DNA of 64,000 nt from Chloroflexota bacterium (GCA_016875535.1 VGPF01000007.1:7998-71997), one strand, 5' to 3'. Positions 37,992-48,132 are shown, counted from the first letter of the stretch. A program made the numbers and translations. The notes: generated by a model from the sequence alone, not told the origin.

Positions 37992-39986
37992 ATGCACGCC
38001 TCCGATATCGGCTTCGTCGCCCTCATCATCGCCATCGTCGCCGCGACCTACGTCGTCTTCGCCGCGCCTATCGGCCTGCGGCGCAGCATCCCCCAGCTCG
38101 TCCATAGCGCCCGCAACGCCGTCTATGTCGTCGCCGCCATGATGCTCGCCGCCATCGCGGTCCTCGCCTACTCCCTCATGAGCCACGATTTCGGCGTCGC
38201 CTACGTCTCCCGCACCTCCAACCTCGCCCAGCCCTGGTACTACACCCTCGCCGCCGTCTATGGCGGCCAGGCAGGCTCGCTTCTCCTCTGGGCCGTCGGC
38301 CTCGGCCTCTTCTCCGCCCTCGCCGTCTGGGCCAACCGCCGCAAGCTGGAAGCCGTCATGCCCTATGCCATGGCGACCCTTATGCTGGTGCAGGTCTTCT
38401 TCCTCATCGTCCTCATCTTCCTCTCCAACCCCTTCGAGCGCCTGCCCTTCACGCCGCCTGACGGCCAGGGCCTCAACTCCCTCCTCCGCGACCCGGGCAT
38501 GCTGGCGCATCCGCCCTTCCTCCTCTCCGGCTATATGTCCTGGACCATCCCCTTCGCCTTCGCCATGGGAGCGCTGATCTCCGGCAAGCTGGACAGCCAG
38601 TGGCTCAAGGCAGCCAGACCCTGGATCATCGTCGCCTGGGCCATCCAGGGCACAGGCCTCATCCTGGGCGCCTGGTGGGCCTACCATGTCCTGGGCTGGG
38701 GCGGCTATTGGGGCTGGGACCCGGTGGAGAACGTCGCCCTTCTTCCCTGGCTCTGCGGCACGGCGTTCCTTCACTCCATCATCGTGCAGGAGCGGCGGGG
38801 CATGCTCAAAAAGTGGAACATGCTCCTTATCCTCATCACCTTCTGCCTCGCCATCTTCGGCACCTTCGTCGTCCGCGGCGGCCTCCTCGCTTCCGTCCAC
38901 AACTTCGCCACTTCCGCCCTTGGCCCAACCTTCCTCTCCTTCCTCGCCTTCTCCATCGCCGTCAGCCTCTTCTTCTTCTTCCGCAGGCAGTCCCTCCTCC
39001 AATCGGAGAACCGCTTCGACTCCGTCATTTCCAAGGAATCGAGCTTCCTGCTCAACAACGTCCTCCTGGTGGGCGTCGCCTTCGCCACCTTCTGGGGCAC
39101 CATCTTTCCCCTGCTTACCGAAGCCTTCAACGGCTCCAAGATCACCGTCGGCGCCCCTTTCTATGAGAAGGTCAACGGACCGCTCTTTCTTGGCGTCATC
39201 ATCCTCATGGGCATCGGGCCGCTCCTCGCCTGGAGGCGGGCCGCCTGGCAGAGCATCAAGCGCAACTTCCGCTGGCCCCTCGCCTTCGCCATCCTGTGGG
39301 CTGTCGTCATGCTCGCGGCGCTGGGGATACGCAACGGCTGGACGCTCCTTGGCGTCAGCGGGTGTGCCTTCGTCTTCGGCACCGTGGTCCTCGAGTACTA
39401 CCGGGGCGTGAAGGTGCGCCGCGCAGGCGCCCGGGAAGGCTATCCCCAAGCCGTGGCTGGCCTGGTGAGCAGCAACCGGCGGCGCTACGGCGGCTACATC
39501 GTCCACATCGCTATGCTGTTCATCGCCCTCGGCGTCATCGGCGCGAACCTGCACCAGAAGGAACAGGCCGTCACCTTGGCGAAGGGCGAGTCCACCGCCA
39601 TCGGCGATTACACCCTCGTCTACACGGCCTTCCGCGAATACCGCTCCGGCGATTCCACCATAGACGAGGCGGAGCTGGACATCTTCAAGGGCGGCAAGAA
39701 GATCGGCGTGGCCCACCCGCGGCGGCAGACGATAGACAACCAGGAGAGCCAGCCCACTTCCCGCATCGCCATCCGCAGCACGCCCAAGGAAGACCTCTAT
39801 GTCCTTCTTGCCGCCTGGGATGACAAGGTCGCCACCTTCACCATCTTTGTGAACCCCCTGGTCATGTGGCTCTGGATCGGCGGCGGCGTCTTCCTCCTCG
39901 GCACCGTCATAGCCGTCTGGCCGGAGCGCCAGGTCGCCCGCGCCGCCGCCAGGGAACCTGCCGGGGCCGCTGTGAGCAAGGCCTGA
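37992..39986 (+). CDS. ccmF: Heme lyase CcmF
   Basis: GSLLLW, HPP, WGWDPVEN, FLHS, SVHNF, PLVMWLWIGG. Confidence 0.96.
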   Translation: MHASDIGFVALIIAIVAATYVVFAAPIGLRRSIPQLVHSARNAVYVVAAMMLAAIAVLAYSLMSHDFGVAYVSRTSNLAQPWYYTLAAVYGGQAGSLLLWAVGLGLFSALAVWANRRKLEAVMPYAMATLMLVQVFFLIVLIFLSNPFERLPFTPPDGQGLNSLLRDPGMLAHPPFLLSGYMSWTIPFAFAMGALISGKLDSQWLKAARPWIIVAWAIQGTGLILGAWWAYHVLGWGGYWGWDPVENVALLPWLCGTAFLHSIIVQERRGMLKKWNMLLILITFCLAIFGTFVVRGGLLASVHNFATSALGPTFLSFLAFSIAVSLFFFFRRQSLLQSENRFDSVISKESSFLLNNVLLVGVAFATFWGTIFPLLTEAFNGSKITVGAPFYEKVNGPLFLGVIILMGIGPLLAWRRAAWQSIKRNFRWPLAFAILWAVVMLAALGIRNGWTLLGVSGCAFVFGTVVLEYYRGVKVRRAGAREGYPQAVAGLVSSNRRRYGGYIVHIAMLFIALGVIGANLHQKEQAVTLAKGESTAIGDYTLVYTAFREYRSGDSTIDEAELDIFKGGKKIGVAHPRRQTIDNQESQPTSRIAIRSTPKEDLYVLLAAWDDKVATFTIFVNPLVMWLWIGGGVFLLGTVIAVWPERQVARAAAREPAGAAVSKA

Positions 39987-39990
39987 CGCC

Positions 39991-40488
39991 ATGATCGCCA
40001 CCCATAGACGCAGCCTGCTCGTCCTCCTCCTCGCCTCGCTGGTCCTGCTGGGCGCGATCCTCTCGCAGGCGGCCTACGCCCAGGTGAACGAGACGCAGGT
40101 GCGCAAGATCGGCGATAAGATCCAGTGCCCCGTCTGCGAGGGCACCTCCGTGGCCGATTCGCCCTCTCCCGTGGCCGCCGGCATGCGCGAGTCCATCCGC
40201 GAACAGCTCGCCCAGGGCAAGAGCGAAAAGCAAATCATCGCTTTCTTCGTGGACGTCTATGGCCCCGGCGTCCTCCGCGAGCCGCCCAAGACCGGCTTCT
40301 ACTCCGCCGTCTGGTGGGTGCCCGGCTTGGCCGTCGTCGCCGCCGCGCTCATCATCCTCGTCGCCCTCCGCCGCCAGCGGGCCGGGAGTGCCGTGCAACC
40401 GGCGGCCGCCCCTGCGCCACTCCCAACTCAGGAGAGGGACGCCTACCGCAAACGACTGCGCGATGAGCTGAACGAGAGGAATGACTAG
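39991..40488 (+). CDS. ccmH: Cytochrome c biogenesis protein CcmH/CcmL
   Basis: IQCPVC, SVADS, IREQL..G.S..QI, YGPGVLREPP. Confidence 0.92.
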   Translation: MIATHRRSLLVLLLASLVLLGAILSQAAYAQVNETQVRKIGDKIQCPVCEGTSVADSPSPVAAGMRESIREQLAQGKSEKQIIAFFVDVYGPGVLREPPKTGFYSAVWWVPGLAVVAAALIILVALRRQRAGSAVQPAAAPAPLPTQERDAYRKRLRDELNERND

Positions 40489-40490
40489 CC

Positions 40491-40835
40491 GTGGCAGCCG
40501 TCATCTCCATCCTCCTCGCCGCAGGCGCCCTCTTTATCATCCTGCGTCCTCTACGCCAAGCCGGCCGCGAACCCGCGCCCATAGCCGAAGAACGCAGCCC
40601 CGCCCAAAGCCTCCTGGACCGTCGCGACACCCTCTACCGCTCCATGCGCGACCTGGAGTACGACCGCAAGCTCGGCAACCTGGTGGAAGAAGACTACACC
40701 GCCATGCTCGCCGATTATGAGTCCCAGGCCATCTCCGTGCTGAAGGAGATAGATGCTCGGCTCAACGGCGCGGACGAAGCCCTTGAGCGGGAGATCGCCG
40801 CCAAGCGCCAGACCCCCGGGAGCGCACAGCCGTGA
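40491..40835 (+). CDS. Short CcmI-N-terminus-like membrane protein
   Basis: One TM then RDTLYRSMRDLEYDRKLGNL.EEDY segment. Confidence 0.6.
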   Translation: MAAVISILLAAGALFIILRPLRQAGREPAPIAEERSPAQSLLDRRDTLYRSMRDLEYDRKLGNLVEEDYTAMLADYESQAISVLKEIDARLNGADEALEREIAAKRQTPGSAQP

Positions 40836-42034
40836 AACGCCTTGCCATCCTCGCCCTTATCGCCGTTATGCTGGCCATCGCTCTACCGGCCCGCGCTGCC
40901 CTTGCTCAGGCCACAGGCGTCATCCAAGGCGCCATCGTCAACGGCACGGCAGGCGGCGGCAGCGTCGCGAACACTCCCCTTTCGCTCAAGACCTTTCGCG
41001 GCGATACGGAGACGGCCCAGCGCCTCGCCGCCGCCGATGCCCAGGGGCGATTCCGCTTTGATGGCCTGGACACCTCCGGCGACCTTCGGTACGTCGTCGC
41101 CGCGGGCTACCAGAACGTCGCCTATAACTCACAGCCCACGGACCTTTCCAAAGGTCCGGGGACTATCGAGATCAAGGTCTACGAGACGACGACCTCCGAC
41201 GCGAACATCTCCATCAATCTCGCCCAGTTGGAGATTCTGGACGTAGACGGCGCAAGCGGCGTCATTGCCGTCTTCCAATCCGTCACCTTCCTCAACAGCG
41301 GCGACCGCACCTACGTCGGCGATCTCTTCACCAACCTCCAGGGCGGCGGCACCGTGAAGTTCCCGCTCCCCGGCAACGCCTTCGACCCCGTTCCCGGCCA
41401 CGGCTTCGTGCCGGATGGCGCCGTCGTCACGCCGGGGGGCCTAGCCGCCAAGACGCCCGTCCAGCCAGGCGAACAGCGCTTCGTCCTCGCCTTCGGCATC
41501 CCCTACACGGACACCGCCACCGCCTTCGATGCTGCCTTTGCCTATAAGACGCAGACCGTCGGCGTCCTCATGCCGCCCCAGTTCGGCGCCATCGCCAGCG
41601 CAGATCTCAGCGACCTAGGGCGCGTGGACCGCGGCGGCAAGGCCTTCAACCTCCTGGCGCGCCTTAACGTGGAGCCGGGAACCCTCCTGCGCATCGAACT
41701 CTCCAACCTCCAGCGCTTCGCCCCTGCGCGGAAGAACGATTCGAACCTGGATGCCGTCCTCCGCTACCTCGGCGTGGCGCTCATGGCGGCCCTCGCCGGC
41801 GGCATCGCCTACTACGCGATGCTTCGCAGGCGCGAGCCCATCGCGGCAGGCGGCGCGGCGAGCCTCCTCAGAGAGCGCGATGATCTGATCGCCTCCATTG
41901 CCGCCCTGGATGATATGCTCGCCGCAGGGGCCATCGCCAAGGAAGACCACGAACGCCGCCGCGCCCCCCAGAAACGCCGCCTCCTGGATGTGACGCTCCT
42001 CTTGAACGAGAGCGAGCCGAAGGCGGGACGATGA
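40832..42034 (+). CDS. Secreted beta-sandwich (carboxypeptidase-regulatory-like) protein with C-terminal TM and CcmI-like tail
   Basis: Signal peptide, DAQGRFRFDGL, C-terminal TM, ERDDLIASIAALDD...G.I..EDH. Confidence 0.6.
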   Translation: MKRLAILALIAVMLAIALPARAALAQATGVIQGAIVNGTAGGGSVANTPLSLKTFRGDTETAQRLAAADAQGRFRFDGLDTSGDLRYVVAAGYQNVAYNSQPTDLSKGPGTIEIKVYETTTSDANISINLAQLEILDVDGASGVIAVFQSVTFLNSGDRTYVGDLFTNLQGGGTVKFPLPGNAFDPVPGHGFVPDGAVVTPGGLAAKTPVQPGEQRFVLAFGIPYTDTATAFDAAFAYKTQTVGVLMPPQFGAIASADLSDLGRVDRGGKAFNLLARLNVEPGTLLRIELSNLQRFAPARKNDSNLDAVLRYLGVALMAALAGGIAYYAMLRRREPIAAGGAASLLRERDDLIASIAALDDMLAAGAIAKEDHERRRAPQKRRLLDVTLLLNESEPKAGR

Positions 42035-42747
42035 ACACAGCCTCCCCCGCGATAGCGGTGCAGGGCCTAGGCAAGCGCTATGGCCCCCAGGCCGCCCTCA
42101 AGTCTCTCGATCTCGCCGTCGCCCCCGGCGAGCGCCTCGCCGTCTTCGGCCCCAACGGCTCCGGCAAGACCACGCTCCTGCGCATCCTCTCCGGCCTCAC
42201 GCGCCAGACCAAGGGCGAGTTCACCATCGCCGGGATGGACTACCGGCGGGACGGCATGGCTCTGCGGCAAAAGGTCGGCGTCGTCGCCCACCATCCCTAT
42301 CTCTATGAAGACCTTTCGGCGGAGGAGAACCTGCGCTTCTACGGGCGGATGTTCGGCCTCGCCGATCCCGCCGCCCGCGCCGAAGCCCTCCTGGCCCAGG
42401 TGGGCCTGGCCGCGCGCAGGCGGGACAAGGCGCGCACCTTCTCCCGTGGCATGCAGCAGCGCCTCGCCCTCGCCCGCGCACTCCTCCACGACCCGGATAT
42501 CCTGCTGATGGACGAGCCGGATACCGGCCTGGATCAGGAAGGCTCCCATCTCATCCAGGGCCTCCTGCACCGGGAAGGCGCGCCGCGCACCGTCGTCATG
42601 GCCACCCACAACCTGGCCTTGGGGCGCGCCCACTGCCTGCGCTTCCTCATCCTCGCGGCGGGGCGCATCGCCCACCAAAGCTCCCTAGAGAACATCGGGA
42701 CTGCGGAGCTGCAGGAGACCTACCAGCGCTATGTCACAGCCCGGTAG
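42031..42747 (+). CDS. ccmA: Heme ABC exporter ATPase
   Basis: GPNGSGKT, FSRGMQQRL, LLMDEP; ccm context. Confidence 0.92.
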   Translation: MNTASPAIAVQGLGKRYGPQAALKSLDLAVAPGERLAVFGPNGSGKTTLLRILSGLTRQTKGEFTIAGMDYRRDGMALRQKVGVVAHHPYLYEDLSAEENLRFYGRMFGLADPAARAEALLAQVGLAARRRDKARTFSRGMQQRLALARALLHDPDILLMDEPDTGLDQEGSHLIQGLLHREGAPRTVVMATHNLALGRAHCLRFLILAAGRIAHQSSLENIGTAELQETYQRYVTAR

Positions 42748-43450
42748 CCACCCGCCTCAGCCTGCCGCCCGCCCGGGCATCGTGCGCCAGCTTCACGCCA
42801 TGCTCTGGAAAGACGTCGTCATCGAGCTGCGCACCAAAGACAGCCTGGCGGCGATGCTGATGTTCGGCATCCTGGCCCTCACCATCTTCAACTTCGCCTT
42901 CGAGCTTCGCGCCGATAGCCTGCTCCTCGTCGCTCCCGGCGTCCTCTGGGTCGCCATCCTCTTCGCAGGCATCCTGGGCCTAGGGCGCTCCTACAGCCAT
43001 GAGCGTGAGCGCGGCTCTATGGAAGGCATTCTCTTATGTCCAGTGGATAGGGGGGCCGTCTACCTTTCGAAGTTCCTCGCCAATCTACTCTTCATCGGCC
43101 TCTCCGAGGTTTTCCTTGTTCCCGCCTTCTCCGAGTTCTTCGATGTGGACGCCTTGAGGGGCACCGTTATCGCCGTCATAATACTCGGGACGGTGGGATT
43201 CGCCGCCGTCGGCGCTCTCTTCGGCGCGATGGCCGTGAACACCAGGGCGCGCGAGGTGATGCTGCCGGTCCTGCTCCTGCCGATTCTCGTCCCGCTCGTC
43301 ATCGCGAGCGTGAAGGCCACGGGCCTCCTCCTGGACGGCGAGCCTTGGCGGGAGATCAGGGCCTGGGCCACAATCCTGATCGTCTTCGATGTCGTCTCTC
43401 TGGTCGTCTCCTACATCGTCTACGAGTACGTCCTTGAAGACTGGGGCTAA
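42731..43450 (+). CDS. ccmB: Heme exporter permease
   Basis: WKDVVIELR, ERERGSMEG, LPVLLLPILVP. Confidence 0.92.
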   Translation: MSQPGSHPPQPAARPGIVRQLHAMLWKDVVIELRTKDSLAAMLMFGILALTIFNFAFELRADSLLLVAPGVLWVAILFAGILGLGRSYSHERERGSMEGILLCPVDRGAVYLSKFLANLLFIGLSEVFLVPAFSEFFDVDALRGTVIAVIILGTVGFAAVGALFGAMAVNTRAREVMLPVLLLPILVPLVIASVKATGLLLDGEPWREIRAWATILIVFDVVSLVVSYIVYEYVLEDWG

Positions 43451-43456
43451 ACAGCA

Positions 43457-44197
43457 GTGAAGGCCATGAACACAGCGCAGCCCAAGGGAAGCGGCCCGGG
43501 ATTCATGGGCCTGCCTCCCGCGCGCCTCATTTCGTATATCTACTTCCACCCCGAGCTCTTGGGGCTCGCTGCCGCCGTCCTCTGGATCGTCGGCCTCTAC
43601 CTCGCCCTCATCTGGGCGCCGGTAGACCTCCTCCAGGGCGAACCCTACCGCATCTTCTACCTCCATCTGCCCATGGCCCTAGCCGCCTACCTCTCCTTCA
43701 TCGTCGTCTTCATCGGCGGCATCCTCTACCTCTGGAAACGCAAGCGCCTCTTTGACGTCTGGGCGCGCTCCGCAGCGGAAGTCGGCCTCCTCTTCCTCAC
43801 CCTTGTCATCGTCTCCGGCGGTATCTGGGGCCAGGCCACCTGGGGCACCTTCTGGGCCTGGGAGCCGCGCCTCACCTTTACCTTCATCCTGTGGCTCATC
43901 TTCGTCGCCTATGTCATGCTGCGCCAGACCGTGAAAGACCAGGAGCAGGGCGCGCGCTATGCCGCCGTCCTCGGCATCATCGGATTCCTGGACATGCCCA
44001 TGGTCTTCCTGTCCGTCTACTTGACGGACCGCGACCTGCACCCGGAGCCGCGGGAGCTTCCTCCCGAAGTTTGGACCGTCACCTGGGTCACCTTCGCCGC
44101 CTTCATGGCCCTGTTGGCCTATATACTCATCCAGCGCGTCCGCATCGAACAGAGCCGCGAAGAGCTTGAAGAGCTTCGCGCTTCCCTAGAGGAGTAG
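43457..44197 (+). CDS. ccmC: Heme exporter CcmC
   Basis: IFYLHLP, WGTFWAWEPRLT (WWD), LHP. Confidence 0.93.
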   Translation: MKAMNTAQPKGSGPGFMGLPPARLISYIYFHPELLGLAAAVLWIVGLYLALIWAPVDLLQGEPYRIFYLHLPMALAAYLSFIVVFIGGILYLWKRKRLFDVWARSAAEVGLLFLTLVIVSGGIWGQATWGTFWAWEPRLTFTFILWLIFVAYVMLRQTVKDQEQGARYAAVLGIIGFLDMPMVFLSVYLTDRDLHPEPRELPPEVWTVTWVTFAAFMALLAYILIQRVRIEQSREELEELRASLEE

Positions 44198-44200
44198 CCT

Positions 44201-44353
44201 ATGAGTGGAATCACGGCAGTCTACGTCGCCTTCTCCATCGTCATCGCGGCCATCTTCGGCTACACCTTCCTCCTCGGGTGCCGCCAGCGCGATGTGGAGG
44301 CCGAGATCCAAGATCTCAAAGCCGCCATCGCGCAGAAGAAGAGCGGCACGTAA
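44201..44353 (+). CDS. ccmD: CcmD-like small membrane protein (50 aa, absent from ORF track)
   Basis: MSGITAVYVAFSIVIAAIFGYTFLLGCRQRDVEAEIQDLKAAIAQKKSGT; single TM plus coiled tail directly after ccmC; SD GAGGAG. Confidence 0.7.
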   Translation: MSGITAVYVAFSIVIAAIFGYTFLLGCRQRDVEAEIQDLKAAIAQKKSGT

Positions 44354-44370
44354 GGCGAGGTGGTACGTCC

Positions 44371-44973
44371 ATGCAGAACAAGGTCGCCGTGCTCCTCGCC
44401 GCCCTCGCCGTTGCCGGCATCATCGCCTCCTGCTCCGGCGGCGATTCCGGGAAGGGCAGGCCCACGCTCACACCGGCCTTCCGCACGCCCACCCCCACGG
44501 CCCCCATCGCGACGGTGCGCCAGGGGCAACAGGCGCCAGATTTTACCGTCCGCGCCGCCGATGGACGGGAGATAGCCCTCAGCAAACTCCTTCAGGAGAA
44601 GCAGGCCGTCATCCTCGTCTTCTATCGTGGCTTCTTCTGAGGCATCTGCAGGAACCAGCTCGTGGAGCTGCAAGAGAACTACCAAGCCTTCAAGGCGCGC
44701 AACGTGGAGGTCCTGGCCATCAGCATGGATAGGGAAAGCGATGCCAAGCAGATGGCCGATCTCGCCAAGGCCCAGTACCCCGTCCTGCCGGATCCCACCG
44801 GAGCCATCGTCCGCCGCTACGGCGTCTTCAATCTCCTGGGCGATAGCGTCGCAGCGCCCGCCACCTACATCGTCGCCAAGAGCGGCGCCGTCACTTGGGA
44901 CCACATCCCGCGCGATATCGCAGACCGCCCCACATCGGTCCAGCTCCTCCAGCGGCCTGAACTGCCCAAGTAG
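44371..44973 (+). CDS. Lipoprotein peroxiredoxin-like/TlpA-like redoxin, probable selenoprotein (UxxC)
   Basis: ATG 44371, in-frame TGA 44638-44640: LVFYRGFF-U-GICRNQLVELQE; lipobox IASC; paralog of 6089-6742. Confidence 0.85.
44641..44672 (+). promoter_or_regulatory. Putative bacterial SECIS element
   Basis: CAGCTC-GTG-GAGCTG hairpin, loop starts with G, 21 nt after UGA (same spacing as in the paralog). Confidence 0.6.
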
Positions 44974-44981
44974 GCATTCTG

Positions 44982-45914
44982 ATGCTCCCTGCCATCCTCG
45001 CGCACACCGTCGGGCCTGAAGGCGAAGGCGCGGCATCCCTCGCCCGCTGGTCCTTCGACCCCATCATCATCCTCGTCGTCCTCCTCCCGGCGTGGCTCTA
45101 TGCCCGGGGCCTGCGGAACTGGTACTTCCGCCCCTCCTGGTTCGCCTCCTGGCGTCCCTTCGCCTTCTATGCGGGCCTCTTCTCCCTCGTCATAGCCCTC
45201 TGCTCCCCCATAGACGCCATGAGCGACGATCTCTTCTTTATGCACATGGCCCAGCACATGCTGCTCCAGCTCATCGCACCGCCTCTTATCCTCCTCGGCG
45301 CGCCTACCACGCCCATCCTGCGCGGCCTTCCCCGCCGCGTGCGCCAGGGCTTCGTGCGGCCCATCGTGCGCAACCAGCTGGCCCGCGCCCTCTTCGGCCT
45401 CATCGCCAATCCCATCCTCGTCTGGGCCGCCTTCGCCGCCGCCAATTGGGGCTGGCACCTGGGCGGCGGCCTCTATCAATCGGCCCTGGAGAGCCAAGGC
45501 ATCCACTACCTTCAGCACGTCAGCTTCATGGCCGTCGCGATGCTTTGGTGGGTCACCGTCATAGATGCCAAGCCCCTCCGGAGCCGCCTCAACTACCCTG
45601 CGCGCGCCCTCTTCATCGGCCTGACGATGTTCCAGAACATCTACCTCGGCGCCAGCCTCACCTTCCGCAAGACCCTGCTCTATCCACACTATGCCGACCG
45701 AACCCACATCTGGAACTGGACGCCTCTGGAAGACCAGCAGGCCGGCGGCGCGCTTATGTGGGTCGGCGGCGATACCCTCCTCCTTATCGTCGCGGTCTAT
45801 ATCCTCTCCGTCTGGTTCGATGCGCGCGAAAAGCAGAGCCGCGAAGAAGAGCGCCGCGCCGATGAGCGGGCCGCCCGTGCCGCCGCACAGGAGAAACGTA
45901 CTCCGGTACAATAG
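44982..45914 (+). CDS. ctaG: caa3-type cytochrome c oxidase assembly factor CtaG
   Basis: HMAQHMLL, PPLILLG, HYLQH, DQQAGGALMW. Confidence 0.9.
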   Translation: MLPAILAHTVGPEGEGAASLARWSFDPIIILVVLLPAWLYARGLRNWYFRPSWFASWRPFAFYAGLFSLVIALCSPIDAMSDDLFFMHMAQHMLLQLIAPPLILLGAPTTPILRGLPRRVRQGFVRPIVRNQLARALFGLIANPILVWAAFAAANWGWHLGGGLYQSALESQGIHYLQHVSFMAVAMLWWVTVIDAKPLRSRLNYPARALFIGLTMFQNIYLGASLTFRKTLLYPHYADRTHIWNWTPLEDQQAGGALMWVGGDTLLLIVAVYILSVWFDAREKQSREEERRADERAARAAAQEKRTPVQ

Positions 45915-45937
45915 GGATACCCTTCAAGGAGCGTTGG

Positions 45938-46468
45938 ATGCCAAAGACAAATCGCAAGAAAGCCGCCGTCAGGCCGGACCGCAAGCCGCGCAGGCTGAGC
46001 GGCGGCGCCTGGTGGATCGTGGCCGGGGTTGCCATCATCATCGTCATCGTCGTCGTCGGACTTGTCGCCTCCCGGGGCAGTTCCGGCTACGCCCAGGTGG
46101 GCGATCATTGGCACGCCCCCATCACCGTCAGCGTCTGCGGCGAAAACTGGGTGCCCCCCGCCTCGGATATCGGCAGCCACGGCATGCACTCCCACGGCGA
46201 TGGCCTGGTCCACATCGAGCCTTCGAGTGCGTCCTCTGCCGGAAGCAACGCCAAGCTCAAGCGCTTCTTTGATTCGCTGGAGAGCCTGCGCTTCAAGATC
46301 ACCAACAACAGCATCCAGCTTCCCGGCGGCAAGTTCTACACCAACGGCGATGCCTGCCCCAACGGCACGCCCGGCACGCTTAAGGCCACCGTGAACGGCG
46401 AAGCGGAGAACGACTTCCTGGGCTATCACCCCAAGGACCAAGACCGCATCGTCATCAGCTTCAACTAA
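45938..46468 (+). CDS. His-rich membrane-anchored hypothetical protein
   Basis: Single TM; HWHA...C...[15 protein letters not shown]...C. Confidence 0.7.
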   Translation: MPKTNRKKAAVRPDRKPRRLSGGAWWIVAGVAIIIVIVVVGLVASRGSSGYAQVGDHWHAPITVSVCGENWVPPASDIGSHGMHSHGDGLVHIEPSSASSAGSNAKLKRFFDSLESLRFKITNNSIQLPGGKFYTNGDACPNGTPGTLKATVNGEAENDFLGYHPKDQDRIVISFN

Positions 46469-46479
46469 GCGCACCGCCT

Positions 46480-47520
46480 ATGGCCCGATACCTCATCACC
46501 GGGGGCGCAGGCTTCCTCGGCATCAACCTCACGCGCTACCTCCTCGCCAGGGGCTACAGCGTCGCCTCCCTGGACATCGCCGAATTCACGTACCCGGACG
46601 TGAAGGACAAGGTCGCCGTCCACAAAGGCGATATCCGCGATATGGCGGCCGTGGACAAGGCCGTCGAAGGCGCAGACATCGTCGTCCACACGGCGGCGGC
46701 GCTCCCCCTCTACAAAAAGCGCGATATCATCAGCACCGATATTGATGGCACCAGGAACGTCCTGGAGGCCGCCCACCGCCGCAAGGTCCAGCGCTTCATC
46801 CACATCTCCTCCACCGCCGTCTATGGCGTGCCGGACCACCACCCCCTCTATGAGAACGACAAGCTCGTCGGCGTCGGCGCCTACGGGGCAGCCAAGATCG
46901 CCGCTGAGCAGGCCTGCCTCGAATACCGCGCCAAGGGGATGTGCGTCACCATCATCCGGCCCAAGTCCTTCGTCGGCCCGGAGCGCCTCGGCGTCTTCGC
47001 CATCTTCTATGATTGGGCCAAGGATGGCCGCGGCTTCCCCATGATCGGCAGCGGCAAGAACCGCTACCAGCTCCTGGACGTGGAAGACCTCTGTGAAGCG
47101 ATCCACCTGGCAGCCGCCGCGCCCGTGGAAAAGGCGAACGATACCTTCAACATCGGCGCGAAAGAGTTCACCACCATGCGGGAGGACTACCAGGCCGTCC
47201 TCGATTACGCGGGCCGCGGCAAGAAGATCCGAGGCCTCCCCGCCGCGCCCATCATCATGACCCTCCGCGTCCTGGAAAAGTTGCGCCTTTCTCCCCTGTA
47301 TAAATGGGTCTATGAGACGGCCTCCAAAGACTCCTTCGTCTCCATAGAGAAGGCGGAAAAGGCCCTCGGTTTCAAGCCCAAGTACTCCAACAAGGAAGCG
47401 CTCGTCCACAACTACCAGTGGTACCTGGCGAACATCGGGCAGATCAAGGGAAGCTCCGGCGTCTCCCACCGCGTACCGTGGAAGCAGGGTATCCTGGCTC
47501 TCGCCAAGTTCTTCTTCTAA
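46480..47520 (+). CDS. NAD-dependent epimerase/dehydratase (3-beta-HSD-like)
   Basis: [25 protein letters not shown]. Confidence 0.88.
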   Translation: MARYLITGGAGFLGINLTRYLLARGYSVASLDIAEFTYPDVKDKVAVHKGDIRDMAAVDKAVEGADIVVHTAAALPLYKKRDIISTDIDGTRNVLEAAHRRKVQRFIHISSTAVYGVPDHHPLYENDKLVGVGAYGAAKIAAEQACLEYRAKGMCVTIIRPKSFVGPERLGVFAIFYDWAKDGRGFPMIGSGKNRYQLLDVEDLCEAIHLAAAAPVEKANDTFNIGAKEFTTMREDYQAVLDYAGRGKKIRGLPAAPIIMTLRVLEKLRLSPLYKWVYETASKDSFVSIEKAEKALGFKPKYSNKEALVHNYQWYLANIGQIKGSSGVSHRVPWKQGILALAKFFF

Positions 47521-47536
47521 GCCCCTGCCTTCGCCC

Positions 47537-47570
47537 AAAAAGAAAGGCCCCTCACGTGAGGGGCCTTTTT
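47537..47570. terminator. Bidirectional intrinsic terminator
   Basis: AAAGGCCCCTC-ACGT-GAGGGGCCTTTTT between convergent operons. Confidence 0.9.
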
Positions 47571-47589
47571 GCATGCTCAGGCTATCGCG

Positions 47590-48123
47590 TTACTTCTGCG
47601 CCAACAGGAAGGCGACCAGGTTATCCAGGTTCGTGCCGCTCGCCAGCCCCGGCGGCATCGCATTCGCAAACGTCGGCACGATGAATGCGCCGGGGTTCTC
47701 GATGGACTCCTTGATGTACTGCCCTGCCGTCTTTCCGGCTACGCGCGTCTCCGCCACTGTGCCGATGCGCGTCAGGTTCGGGCCCACGGAGCCGGTGGAG
47801 ATGCCCGTGATGGTGTGGCAGCCGCTGCAGCCGCTATTGGTATAGACCTGGCGACCCGCCGTCACGTCGCCGTTCCCCCCGCCTGTAGGCGGAGGCGTCG
47901 TCGGCCCGCCCGTCGGCACAGCCGTCCCGTGCGCGGGCGTCGCCGTTGCCTTCGGCCCTTCGGGGAAGCGCGCCGTCGGCGTCGGCGTAAAGCCTACCAC
48001 CTGGGAATCGCCGCCCAGGGAGAACGGCTCATCCTTGCCGTCGCCGCCGCAGGCAGTCACCGTGATCGCCACGGCGCTGATAAGCCCGGCGGCTATGAGC
48101 ATCTTTTTCATGAATCTAGCCAT
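47590..48123 (-). CDS. Lipoprotein-anchored monoheme cytochrome c
   Basis: Lipobox VTAC, Pro/Thr linker, CSGCH, VGPNL, distal Met (NAMP). Confidence 0.9.
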   Translation of the reverse strand: MARFMKKMLIAAGLISAVAITVTACGGDGKDEPFSLGGDSQVVGFTPTPTARFPEGPKATATPAHGTAVPTGGPTTPPPTGGGNGDVTAGRQVYTNSGCSGCHTITGISTGSVGPNLTRIGTVAETRVAGKTAGQYIKESIENPGAFIVPTFANAMPPGLASGTNLDNLVAFLLAQK

Positions 48124-48132
48124 CTCCGTACC

